Shown here: one piece after another, positions 1 through 12,277 of the stretch
Layout: the number at the start of each line of letters is the position of its first letter
Numbering within the stretch: the stretch's first letter is position 1
Assembly: GCA_026025075.1 (NCBI GenBank)
Contig: JAPEUI010000109.1
Coordinates: 1 to 52,739 of the forward strand
Length of the DNA stretch: 52,739 nt
Source: Vezdaea acicularis
Lineage: Eukaryota
Reading direction: 5' to 3'
Translations under genes and position numbers: made by a program
Notes under the pieces: generated by a model
Database searches by the model: none
What the model was told of the DNA's origin: nothing
What the model saw: the letters and a program-made list of their open reading frames with translations, nothing else

Positions 1-2538
1 GCATCATCGGCTCTCGTTGCCCCCCTCATCGTGCGGCTGGTGCAAGGCACAGCCGCCGCGGTTTCTAATCTCGGTCCTATGGCGGGGGGGGGGGTGTCGA
101 GCACCGACTTCATCCACTCCACTCCCACCCGCAATCTCAAGCACCGCGCAGGCCGCGTTCATGCGACCGGTGGGCAGCGAAACACATCGATGGGTCACGG
201 GGGTGCGTTTGCCGTGGCCGATGAGCAACCCCGCGAGGCACTCTCCTGACGAACGCATCCACCTCTGCCCCCCGTCCTACGCGCCCATGCCCGGTGCCTC
301 TCATCTCGCCTGGAGAGGTCCCGGTGCAGAGGAGCGTGGGCCGCCATGCATGAACTTCACGTCGCACCGTCACGGCCTTCCGCGTCTCCCTCGGCGGTGC
401 AGAGATATCAGCCGCAGCGGAGGAGGGAGGGAACGGAGAATTGTAAATAGAAAGATCGGATGGGATAGGGCGCGTACGTAGCGACGCAGGATTTCGGCGG
501 GACCCCCATCTCTCTCTCGCACTCGGCTCTCCCTCTCGCTCTCTCGCTCTCGCGCCACCATCCACGCCTCCATGCCCCGGTTCATGTCTCCTCTTTTTCC
601 TCCGTCGCTCTCCCGTCGTCTGTCCGGGAGCTCCATGCGCCAGGATGTTGGCACGACCAGCGCTCGTCGGTGGGACGTGGGGTAAGTTTAAGGCGGGCAC
701 CCGCGAGTCTGCAGCGCACCGGCGAGTCAGACATGGTCGTTTCTCCCCCAGCTCCACTCCCGCGGCCTGTTCGTTTCCCTGTCGTGTTGTCGAAGCGGAA
801 AAGCCCTAAGGGGGAGGGCAGGGTTCGGTCACGGCGGGGCGGACTGCCTAAGGCGCCTGCTGAGGCAGGGAACGCACCCTCTCGGCCTCTAGGAGCTTAG
901 CGTGCCCCTCCGCGCACCGTAGCCGGGCACATCTTTCAAACCTCCACCCTCCGCGCGCATGCCCCTCCGCTGCAGCGATCGTCCGACAGGCAGCAGCGCG
1001 AGGGCGAATGGGAAGAGACCGAAAGAGAAGACGAACCAGACAGAAAAAAGGAGAAGCGCCCGTTGGCCGCGCATGGTGGGTCGTGCGTGGTGCTGCGGTT
1101 CTGCTCCCCACCCCTCTCTCCCTCTTGGTGCAGCCACCTTATGTCTGCGCGACGCTGACTCGATCTGCCTTCGAGGTGCCAGCCGGACGGAGCAGACTGA
1201 CGCAGGACGCGGCCGCGCCGGCGCCGTCATGTCATTCGTCGACGGAGCCAAGAGGGTTCTGCGGGACTGCGCACGCAACCGCTTGAGTCAGCCCCCTGAC
1301 GCAGGCTCGAGTTGCCTCAGGACGTGGCTGCCGTCCGACCGTGGGGCCCTCACCCGCGCTCGACCCTTTTGGATATTCTTGGGACTTGGGACGCCTCCGG
1401 TCTCACTCTCTCCACGCCAGGGAACTCTCTTGCGTCTTTTCCTCCATGATCGACCGGCTCGTCCTGCCCACCCCCAAAGGTGAGTGTCAATCCGCCGCTT
1501 GCTCGCGCATGGACCAATCAAGCCCGCCGACGTGGGTCTGCCCCTTCATCCTCCAGGTCTGGCCTGGACCGACGGTACGAGCATCGTCGGCGCTTGGACC
1601 TTTCCAGATGGCCGGATAGTTTATCGTTCTCGATTGGGAACAGGAAGCATCCTTTCGGCCTCCTGCCACGCCCTCGTCCCCCTCTTCGTCGTCGACGGTC
1701 CGGGGTCGCGAGGGAGGGGGGGGAGGGGGAAGGGAGGGGGGTGAGTGGTGGGTGGTGGAGGCCGAGAGCGATGGCGTTGCGCCCGTTAAATCGTCCGGCG
1801 GCCAGACTCCACATTTGCTTTCGTGCAGCCATGGGACCTGCTTGGTCGATCGGCCTCCTCGCCCTTAGCCGCGCTTTGCTTCCCCCCCCGGTACCAGGGC
1901 GAGAGCGTGAGGCTCTGAGGCTCTTGGGTCTTCCCGCACAGACGCTCTCCGTGGAACCCGCTCCCCGACCGCCCAAGCCCGCCCGCTCCGTCTGGCCACC
2001 ACACCCTTTTTTCCGCCGCGGACATCCAGCGCGACACATAAAGGCCATGGACCGCAACCCTCTCGACGGGCTCGAGAGGGGAGGCGTAGATGCGTCGCTC
2101 CGCCCGTGCTCGACCTCAATTCAATTCCTCCCTCATCGTCTCTGGCTTCGATCCTTGACCTCACGGCCTCCTCTGGACGCAGCGGGTGTGCGGCCCCGAT
2201 TTGCCTGGTGGGAAGCCTGAAACGCCGTGGCAGACGTTTTGACCTGCTCAGCCCCCCCTGCGCGAGTCCAGCATCACCACACCCACCACCCGGCCAAATT
2301 CACGTGCTGCATGCTACCGCGTTGAACGAACGAGACGTTCCTCCATAAAGGGAGACGGGTGGCACGGTTGCATTGGGATCGTTCATCCTCAATTCACCCC
2401 CATTGTTTACACCATCGCCCTTCTGACCGCGCGGTCGTCCTCGTCGATCGACCCTTTCCGACCTACTGACCTCAGTCGGACACTCGCCCACTCTCTCTGG
2501 CTCTGCATTACGCGACCCGCCTCCCGCGGTGGATCTCA

Positions 2539-2544
2539 TATAAA
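2539..2544 (+). promoter_or_regulatory. Candidate TATA box of the C2H2 transcription factor gene
   Basis: TATAAA in otherwise very GC-rich DNA, ~115 bp upstream of the ATG at 2658. Confidence 0.45.
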
Positions 2545-2657
2545 GCCGGCCCTCCCTTGTCCTCTAGCCCCGTCTGCGACGGTCGGACCCTCCCTCCCCC
2601 CCCCCTGGTCTGCTCCATCGACACGCTTGCCGACCTGGACCGCCACCAGGAGCTGCC

Positions 2658-4410
2658 ATGATGAACACCGAACACATCTCGTCCTACGCGGACTTGCACC
2701 CCATTGAGTTTGACCCTCACGGTCCCTTGAGCGGGGAGCATCACTATGACTCCTCGTTGTATGACTTCGACGGCCATCGTTCTCCCTGGAACAGCCTGAA
2801 TCCACGATCGAAGCGGCTTTCCTTGCCATACGATTTCCCACAGGAGATGATCCCGGGTCTGGCTTTCTTCCAGGAGGCCTTTCCCTCGACGAGCACGATG
2901 GCCGTCAACCTACCCTGGCATGATATAAGGCCGAGCTACGAACCGCAGGCACCGTATCCATACGTACACCATCAGCAACGCGGCCCCTCTCCGTCTCAGT
3001 TGTGGGCGGAGAAGCTGTCGGACACGGACTGCTCTTCCACCACGGCCGGACTCTCCCCGAAGGCCCCTCTGTCGGACGGCTACAATGGTGCTCACATGGA
3101 TCCGCCCATGAGCTTTGGGGACCAGAGTCGCGAAGTCCTCTACACGGACTTCAACTCGCGGGGCGGATCCTCCTTTGTGAACCCACAGCATGTCCAGCAG
3201 CAACCCGACGCGACGGACGATGTGTACGCAAGGTCACTTGCTGATGCTCACTCTCCCCTGTCGTTGGAAAACTACCATCACTTGGAAGTGGACTTTGCTG
3301 GGGCCCACTCGAGGCCACTGACTCTGCTGACGGATGGTCCCTCTTATTGCCAGCACGAGGATACATCGCTCCGCCACTATTCCCAGGGCCATGATTCGGG
3401 CATCGGCAGCAGCGCGATCGACGATGCGGAGGAGACCAAGTCGGACGTCTCGGCCGATGAAGAACAGGACATGCCGGATGCAGACGCCGCGGCAGACAGC
3501 GAATACTCCCCCAAGACCCCTCCCACCACTCGAACGCGGCAACGGCGAGCGAGCACGCGGACCGGCCGGGGTGGCAACAGCAGCAGCACGATCAGTCCGC
3601 CATCGAGGAGCCGCCGGCGTGCGAGCTCGGGGGCTGGAGCCGGCGTCACGAAGTCCAGAGGCACGAGGCGAAGTAGCAAGAACGAACCCACGCGCTGTAA
3701 CGAACACCCGACGAAAGTCTTTAAAAACCAATCCGAGTTGACGTTCGTCCTCCCCCCTTGAATATGATTATTCGGTTCAGAAACTGACCAAATTGGCCCA
3801 CAGTAAACACATGCAGACGGTACACAACCGCCCCTTCCCCTGTCTGCTCTCCCCGCTCTGCACATCCACCTTTGGCTCGAAGAACGAGTGGAAACGGCAC
3901 ATCTCGACGCAGCACCTCGTCCTGTTTAAGTACCGCTGCCGCGAGCCCAATTGCATCACGCCGGCCAACGCCGCCGGCGGCACCGAAGGCCGCTTCAACG
4001 ACTTCAACCGCAAAGACCTCTACACGCAGCACCTCCGCCGCATGCACACGCCCGCCCATATCAAGAACAGCGCCGCCGGCAGCAACCAGAAGAAGGTGTT
4101 TGAAGACACCCAGTTTCCCGCCATGCAGGCCCGCGCCAAGATGGCCGTGCGCGAGGCCCCACAGTCCGTCGCCTGTCTCGGCTGCCAGAAGCGTTTCCAC
4201 GGCAAGCAGGCCTGGGAGGACCGCATGGAGTGCCTCGGGCGCCACCTGGAGATGGAGTCGAAGAGCGGCGAGTCCGCGCTTCGCGAGCGTGGCGCCGACG
4301 AGGAACTCGTCGCCTGGATGGCGACGGAGGGACTCATCAGCGGGGAAGAGCGGCTGCGGCTCGAGAAGACCGCGGAGGCGGATCGCGATGCCGAGGGAGA
4401 CGTCGAGTAG
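2658..4410 (+). CDS. C2H2-type zinc finger transcription factor (2 exons; intron 3743-3803)
   Basis: Removing GTTCGT...CTGAC...CAG joins ORFs 2658..3761 and 3793..4410 in frame (SELT-KHMQTVH). Fingers: CNEH..KHMQTVH; RPFPCLLSPLC..FGSKNEWKRHISTQH; CREPNC..FNRKDLYTQHLRRMH; CLGC..MECLGRH. Acidic/Ser-rich N-terminus and an Arg-rich basic stretch. Confidence 0.88.
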
Positions 4411-5757
4411 CTGAATCATCCCTTGGAGACGCCGGTTTTCTTTTCGTTGGTGCTGCTGTTTCACGGACCTCGACCCTGTTTTTCCGTTTTTCCTTTCTCT
4501 TCTCCTTCACATACTGCGCCTAGGAGCGCATCACGGACGAACCTACACCCCTCCTTACTCTTATTTCACCGGGCAGGCATAGCGCAAGAGGAAAACTTAT
4601 CGATGGCTTATTTGGGTCTTGGGGGCATACGTCTAATTTGGATCGGGAGCCGGGCTGGGCTGGACTGGACTGGACTGGGATGGAACGGATGGGACGGTAT
4701 GGGATCTATTCGTCTCTTCTCCTTTTTTTGATTTTCTTGTGCTGGACTTAAAAAAACTGTCGACGTGGTCTTGGGATTTAGTTGGATTTGGTATCGCTGT
4801 ATGCCTTTTTTCGTTGGTCCTCGTTGTGGTTGTTGTGGTACTCAACTCTGCCTAGATTTGGAGGCGTGGGAACTGGGTTGTGCGGGTCTCGTCACCGTTT
4901 TTTGTTGTTTTATGTTTTGGAGAGAGAGAAGGGGGGTATGTGGGAAGTTGACGGGGCGGGGCCCTTCTCCTAATTGGTAAAAGAGAGAGCGAGGGAGAGA
5001 GAGGGAGAGGATGAATTATTGAGTATTGAATAATGGTTATACCACCAACCTACCTTGGAAGTCTTAGATGGGAGTGTCGTGATACTTCCTCCCCACCCCC
5101 CCTTACGACTTAATCTGCAATGAACACCCCATCCCAATCCCCCACCCCCCGCGAGATCACTAAACCCCCGCCCTCTCTTCCCACGCAAGCGTCACCCTAT
5201 GTTTCTCCCCCCCTCGAAGCTGGAGAGGTATCCCATCCATCCGTACGCCACGCCCGCCCATCTTTATGTTGCCCCTCTACCTCTCCCCCTCTCTCTTCTA
5301 TTTGGGGGCGATATCGGAATATTCGTGCTCGAGGGTCTAGGGTCTCGGTACCCAGCTCTCGGCTCTCAGGGTCTTGACATTTGATTCCAGCGCGGTGGGG
5401 AGGTTTTTGGTCGGGATTACAGTAGTCGGGTCTTAGCCCTAGTATCGACCGACCTTCCTTGGCGTACTCACTCACTCACTCACTCGCTTACTCTCTTGAT
5501 ACAAGCGCAATCGCGATCGTAATCCCAATCCTACTAGCTCCGGGAAATTGTTTTTAGGGCGTTCAGATTCTTCTTACTTCACCCCGCGCCGGAAGCTTTG
5601 GAGCAAGCGGGTGAGGGGGTTGTTTACTCCACGCCGTTCCTCCACGACTTTGCAGCACGCAAGAAACCCTGAGTACCGTCCCGGGTACGCCCGGAGAGAG
5701 ACTCACTTGCACTACGCGGGTGGCTCAGGGGTATCTTGTATATACTACTACTGGGCT

Positions 5758-6205
5758 TTAGAATAGGGACTGGAACCGCTTGAGCCTGCGTGATTTGACG
5801 GCAGTAGGATTATGAAGAAGTGATGGGAGGAGGGTCACTGTAGCGGGGTATACTCGCCCCGCTTCATTATCTACTTCTGACGCTGATAGTTGACTTGCAA
5901 TTGCTCTTCTTTTTTTGAATTGATGGGCATGTTTTTTTCTGTGTACATTTGGACTGTTCTGATGGTTAAGCTTTTTGTTTGAGCTGTTCAAATTGTTATT
6001 CTCACCAGGCTCTTTGGTAAGCTTTAATTTCCATTTAAATCCGCTGGTCAACCGCTCATCCCATAGCTCCCGTTATTCGTTAGAACTGGCAACCAATAGA
6101 GGACAAAAAACATTCCCGATAGAAAAGATACCTCGAGCGCCCCCTCCTTGGCGGAACAGACGTAGCTCAGACTCCGTATACGTGTACCTCCGTAATATAT
6201 CTCAA
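5758..6205 (-). pseudogene. Possible degraded ORF remnant
   Basis: Minus frame reads DILRRYTYTESELRLFRQGGGARGIFSIGNVFCPLLVASSNE*RELWDERLTSGFKWKLKL... and continues into ORF 5758..6051. No ATG and no family recognised. Confidence 0.25.
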
Positions 6206-6279
6206 ATCTGCCTCAGAGCTAAGTGGTGGTGGTGGTGGTGTCCTCGCTTGATGATCGAGTGCGTTAACTAGTCTTGAAT

Positions 6280-6427
6280 CGGCCTAGATGCTTTCAGTAA
6301 CTGCCAAATACCCCTGCTTACTGAATGCATCTAAGCCGCTTCGAGCCTAGATGCATGAAGCTTGAGCCAGATACCCCTCCCCTGTATGGTGAATGCATCT
6401 AGGTCCCGTTCCGAGCTTAGATGCATC
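6280..6427. repeat. Degenerate array of palindromic arms related to the 155-bp repeat at 51.7-52.3 kb
   Basis: Arms 6280-6300 and 6318-6338 are complementary at 19/21 positions around a 17-nt loop. Further CCTAGATGCAT/ATGCATCTAGG-type arms at ~6346, ~6393 and ~6416. Confidence 0.8.
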
Positions 6428-6944
6428 CATCGACGGCTAAACAGCGTTTTACTATAAAGATACGTGATTATTGCCCCCCCCCCCGAGCATCAACATTAAA
6501 CTTTTCCTCGACTTCAAGCATCGTTGCGAGACGAGCGTTCTGAACTTCTTTCTATTGTAGCTACAAACTAACACGACGTTTTCTTCACCGCTGCAAAGGA
6601 TCGAGAAGTATCGATAGTCCATCTCAATGGTCTTTTTTTCTCCTCTCTGCTGCTGCTGCTGCTCCTTTACTCTAGCTGTGCGCTCTGTCTGCTATTGGCG
6701 TAGCTACTCGAGGCTATCCAGCCGCATTTACCCTTTTCATTGATGAGCTTTCGCGCTTGCTTGCTTGCTGATAGCAAGTATGCCTCACGGCCATGCACCA
6801 CTCCTCCTCCTCTCCGCACTTACCTTACCCTCTCCAGTCGTTTGCCTCTCCCCAACCGTCTGCCTCCCATCCGGCGCGCACAAATCCTCATTGTCGTCCC
6901 CACCCCACTCACCCTCTCTCCTTCGCAGTATCGGCGGGAGGAGC

Positions 6945-9407
6945 CTAGCCCCCATCCCCACGCGCCGCAGGACCGAACGGGTTCCGAGACATCATGGGCC
7001 GAGGAGGCAGCTGCCTTGGCGGCGACCGAATATAGCCCCCCGGGATCCTAGGACTTACTGGCGGAGAACGGAAGACGGTGTCGAGGACCGTTGGGCCAGC
7101 GAGTGGCGAGTGGGTGAACCCGCCGGGCATCCTCAGGGTTGCGGGCGGAGAACCAGGCGCTGGACGGCTGCGGAAGGGGAGCGCGGTTTCTACTGAGGGG
7201 CGGCGGGTGTGCACTGCTTTACGGGGACTGTCGTTGGCTGTTCACCGTTAGCAGGAATCAATAACGAGTACAAGAATGGGGAACGCACTGGAGGTAGGGC
7301 CATGATAATCATCGTCCATCGATCTCTCGGACGAATACGTAGACGCCCTCACGCGTACCCTGGGGCGAGCCCCCCCCTCAGCCGAAGAGTAGAGAGGACC
7401 AGACAGATCCGGACCGAACATGACGCGCGGACCACCGACCTGCGCTTGCGTGCTCTCCCAGCTGTCCTGCCGATCCGGCTGCAGATACTCGTCTCTCAGC
7501 ACCGATAGCCGCCCTCGCGATCGATGAATACGTTCGGGTTCATACATATGAACGTGCTGGACATGGCCCGAGAACACATTTGAGGGGCGCTCGTAGTAGT
7601 TCTCGCTACTACTGGGGCCGGCGGTTGAATATAGGGTTCCGGAGCCGCTGGAAGTAGACTGGGACCGGCTCGGAAAGGGGGTGGCGGGGTGGTAGCCTCG
7701 GTCTTGGACAAATTCGTGGAATGGTCGACTCGGCGGCATCTCGCGGGGAGCCGGCCTCCCAGATTCCATGTGAGCCTCGGCGGCAGCAAAGGCTTCAGAC
7801 TGCTTGTACAGAGTGTCTTGGCCTGGGAATTGGGAGAAACTCCCGGAGCTCGAACGCCTATGTCGGTTGGTATTATAACGTTGTCGCTCGGGACTGTAGC
7901 CACGTCGCTCGGGACTGTAGCCACGTCGCTCGGGACTGTAACCACGTCGCTCGGGACCATATCCACCACGGTCAGGACTGTATCCATGTCGCTCGGGACT
8001 ACAATCTCGTCTGCCTGGACTATAACCGCGTCGTTCGGGACTATAACCGCGTTGGAATGGGTTATAATCATGTCTTTCGGGAACAGAACCACGCCGGACG
8101 GGACTATAACCGCGCGGATGCATATCGTAGCCATGTCTATAGGGGGCAGGATGGCTGGCAATCCTTTCCCCGGCTGCTAGGCGCGCCGGGGGAGCGCGTG
8201 GAGACTCATCGATCAAATCGAGCTCCCCAGATTCAATCTCCACAGATTGATTGTGAGAGCGGCCGTGGGTCAAGCGTCTGACGGTGTCAGTGCTCATATC
8301 TCTATCTCTTGGATACTGTATAGCAGGCCCTACACGCCTCAAGACCCGACGAGTCGATGGTTGGCGTGCGACTCGAGACGTTTCGTCAAAGCTACCCGCA
8401 TGGTTCAGGGTTGATCCTGCCTCCGGGCCAGGGTCGGTGCTGATGCGAATCTGTAGTCGCGTGTTTTTGCCTCCTTTCTTTTCATCTTCCTTCTTTCTTC
8501 CAGCTTTTTCCTTCTGCGTCTCCTTCTTCTTCTCAGCCCGGGATGTGCGGCGCGACTTGGGCTCGCTCTCATCAGTAGATGTCTCTTCCTTCAGACATCG
8601 TCGACACACGCCCTCCTTCGGGACTTCGCCGGGGAGTAGAGGATGACGCCTGTTGTAGCGAGCCGAGCGAAATCGACCACAAGAGGCACAGCTATGTTTC
8701 ATGAGCGGCCCAGAACTTGTGATGCGTGCCACCGTAGTGTCCATTTTTGGCTCGTTTGTTGCGGGAGCGGCGGCAGGAGCAGCGGCAGGAGCAGCGGTGG
8801 GTGCAGCGGCAGGTGAAGGCTTTGCGGCAGTGGCGGAAGCCGGTGGTGGTGGTATGTGATGAAAGTCAGCGCCGCCATGGTTCGGCCATGGGCCAGGCCA
8901 TTGAGCGTACGTAGGTGGGTAATGAGCAGGTGTATGTGACGGATAATGTTTAGTCGGCTGATGATGCACCCAAATATTTTGCTCTGTGTTCCAGTAATAA
9001 TAGTTGTTCGGATCCCACTGCAGAGGCGGTTGTGTGAATTGACCCCCAGCGTTTGGCGGTGGAGCAGCTGGAATCTGCACTGCAGCTGGTCTATGATATG
9101 CTACAGGTGGTGTCGGGAGGTTCTGGTGCAGACTCGCCGCCCGAGGTCGAACTCTGTTCTGGCCGAGCGCTTCAGTAAGGAGAGTCATACCATTACCGAC
9201 TCGAACTGGCTTTTGTGGCTTAGGAGCAGGGGCCAGAGTAACCGGTACGTATACGTAGGTCGGGCCAGGTTGCTGAGGCGGTACTCTAGTTTTGTTGTTA
9301 GCCATTTAGTTCTGCTTCACAACTCACGTAGTGCTCTGTCTCGGATTTTTCAGGGGAACCGACCCTGCGACGCCTTTGGGATCACTTCCGTTTTGATTTG
9401 AAGCCAT
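6945..9407 (-). CDS. Uncharacterised Pro/Arg/Ser-rich protein with a CxxC-x24-CxxC module and RGYSPER heptad repeats (3 exons; introns 9327-9286 and 7288-7238)
   Basis: 685-aa ORF extended by in-frame introns GTGAGT..GCTAAC..TAG (42 nt) to the ATG at 9407 (MASNQNGSDPK...) and GTGCGT..GCTAAC..CAG (51 nt) into ORF 6945..7214. Confidence 0.75.
7884..8114 (-). repeat. Coding 21-bp tandem repeat, 11 units (consensus RGYSPER)
   Basis: Repeating tcgctcgggactgtagccacg on the + strand; 11 x 21 = 231 bp. Confidence 0.95.
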
Positions 9408-10497
9408 GTAAATCTTGGGACGTGACTTGTGGAATGATGTAGACCTCCAAATTCGAGCGTTTCAAGAGTGTGATGTATGAAAGCTACTGTTCGGGGCTGA
9501 TAAGTAAGGTCAAGGTCACAAATCATATAAGGGTTGAATGAAACTGACTGGAGCCAGGACGATAGAGATTTGGTAGTGTAATGGCTGGAAACCTATCGAC
9601 TGAGGTCAATGGATGATGTGGAAGCGTGGATACTCATTGGAATATCTTTATGGAAGATCGGGGCCCGGTAACGGTTTGTGTTGAGGCTCAGATGGTAGCT
9701 CTGAGGAGCGCAGAACACATAGGAGTACCCAGAGGCACACAGGACACATAGGGACACGCAGGCTAACGTAGCTCCAGCCGCGATAGGACCCACAACATAT
9801 CGTCATTTCGTCTTTCACATTAGTATTTACTTGGCACTTGTCACGAAAAAAGGAACTTGGCATGTTATCAATAAAAAATAACATTGTATTAAGTCTTGCA
9901 ACATAGAAAATCGGACCTATGCCAGAGTTTGAACGAACAACCAATGCTCTGTGTTTGGCCTCCTAAGATGGTATAATCACGCCTGGTCCTGGATATCTCA
10001 ACTGGAATCGAAAATGGAACGGCCATGCTTTGTAATTATTGGCTCTTTGGTGCCATGGAGCACGCCCGACCTGGGAGTAGCTTCATGGGGAGGTTGTCCG
10101 TCCACTCTCAGCCTGGCATAGCAAGCGTTTCCCTCGTTGGTCCAGATCAAACGGTTGGGACTGTACAACTTCCGTCTAACCACTGGCTCGTTCAGCAGCA
10201 TTGTGTCTCAATAGATGAAAGATGTATGGTTGGCTGCTGTCCGCCGAAGCGAACTGATACATGAAGGAAGTATACGCTTTGTGATATGAAGTGAGAACTC
10301 CCCCTGAACCTTCTCGCTTCGCGTTCGCTCCCTAGTGGACTACCCCACCACTAGCTTCCAAGGAACGCCAAACCCTAATTCCCATCCCAACTATTGCATC
10401 CTCACTAATCACTTTCTGCGAGTGATCCCGATCTACCTTGCATTGCATCCTTCGGCTCAGCTATCGCGTATTTAATCTAATCCACCACTCCACAATC

Positions 10498-12277
10498 ATG
10501 AGGGGCGAGGTAGGTTCTTGCGAATTCATCATGCCAGTGAATTTTGCTGCGTTTAGTTGAACAGCCGTAACCACAAAAGCAAAGTATTGGCGAACACAGC
10601 CCAGGAGACCCTGCTGACATTGGTCATATTCAGATCTGTCACCTTCACATCGGTCAAGCAGGTACCCAGCTTGGGAACAGCGCTTGGGAGCTGTAAGTAC
10701 CATTTCACATAAGAAACGCGCGGTACTTCAGTATTGAAGCATTGCTAACACTGAGTCGCGTCGTCTCAGCTACCTCCTCGAACACGGACTCAAGGCTGAT
10801 GGCCGCCTCGACCCTGATGCCAAGGAAATCGGTGAGGGCGGTTCTTTCGAGACTTTCTTCTCGGAGACTGGCGCCGGCAAATATGTCCCTCGTTCGATCT
10901 TCGTCGATCTCGACCCCTCTGTGCGTTCTCCAATACCAAATAAAGACATACACCTTAACTCACGGATGATGCTAGCCCATCGATGAGATCAGGACCGGTT
11001 CCTATCGTCAGCTTTTCCACCCGGATCTCTTGATCAGCGGAAAAGAAGACGCAGCGAACAACTGTAGGTAGCGCTTGGATGCGAGAGCTCGCAAATATAC
11101 GCCTGACAGATCGTGCAGATGCTCGTGGTCATTACACTATCGGAAAGGAGCTTGTGGACAATGTCATCGATCGGATCCGACGTGTTGCTGGTAAAGCAAA
11201 CTGGCAGATTTTCCCAATTGCATTGCTAATTCAGCCGTAGACAATTGCACTTCGCTCCAAGGCTTCCTGATCTTCCATTCTTTCGGCGGTGGGACTGGCT
11301 CTGGCTTTGGCGCACTTCTTCTCGAGCGTTTATCCACCGACTACGGAAAGAAGTGCAAGCTTGAGTTTGCTGTCTATCCCGCGCCCCGTATGTCTACAGC
11401 GGTAGTGGAACCATATAACGCTGTTCTTTCTACTCACAGCACTATTGAGAACTCTGACTGCACCTTCCTCGTTGATAATGAAGCCGTGTACGACATATGC
11501 CGCCGAAATCTCGATATCCCGCGGCCTAGCTACGAGCACCTCAACCGCTTGATTGCTCAGGTGGTCAGCTCCATCACATCAAGTCTCCGATTTGACGGTG
11601 CCTTGAATGTCGATTTGAATGAGTTCCAGACGAATTTGGTGCCTTATCCGCGAATCCACTACCCGCTCATCAGCTACGCCCCTGTCATCTCTAGCTCTAA
11701 GAGCAGTCATGAGAGCTTCAAGGTCTCGGATCTAACCTTCCAATGTTAGTGCCCTCTACGGCTTTCCATCTCTCTCTCTCGTGACTTTGCTAAATCAAGT
11801 TATCAAGGCTTCGACCCTAATAACCAGATGGTCGTGTGCGATCCGAGGAATGGCAAATACATGGCCGTCGCGCTCCTCTACCGGGGTGATGTTGTTCCTC
11901 GAGATTGTAACGCGGCCGTTGCGTCTCTCAAGGCCAAGACGTCGTTCAACCTCGTAGAGTGGTGCCCGACTGGGTTCAAGATTGGCATCAACTACCAAAA
12001 ACCAGTGAGAGTCCCGAATGGAGAGCTCGCCCCAGTCGATCGTTCAGTCAGCATGCTGTCCAACACTACTGCCATTGCTGAAGCCTGGAGCCGTCTTGAT
12101 CACAAGTTCGACCTTATGTATTCCAAGCGCGCATTCGTCCATTGGTATGTTGGTGAAGGGATGGAGGAGGGTGAATTCAGCGAAGCTCGTGAGGATCTTG
12201 CAGCTCTGGAGAAGGACTATGAAGAGGTTGCCAGTGATGGCATTGAGGAGGGCGAAGATGCAGAGGGCGAATACTAG
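10498..12277 (+). CDS. tubB: Alpha-tubulin, alpha-2/tubB type (six introns)
   Basis: Spliced N-terminus [31 protein letters not shown] motif; AVVEPYN; C-terminus [33 protein letters not shown]...EGEY. The MRGE start matches the Aspergillus tubB class. Confidence 0.96.

Noticed and set aside
1..2650. Many overlapping ORFs on both strands
   Set aside because: Arg/Pro/Gly-rich translations typical of stop-poor GC-rich non-coding DNA; no domains
4655..5490. Short microsatellites (CTGGA, GA and ACTC runs)
   Set aside because: Ordinary low-complexity UTR/intergenic repeats
7496..8281. Alternative-frame repeat ORFs (VATVPSD, SLGTVAT, VARDCSH)
   Set aside because: By-products of the 21-bp coding repeat in other frames
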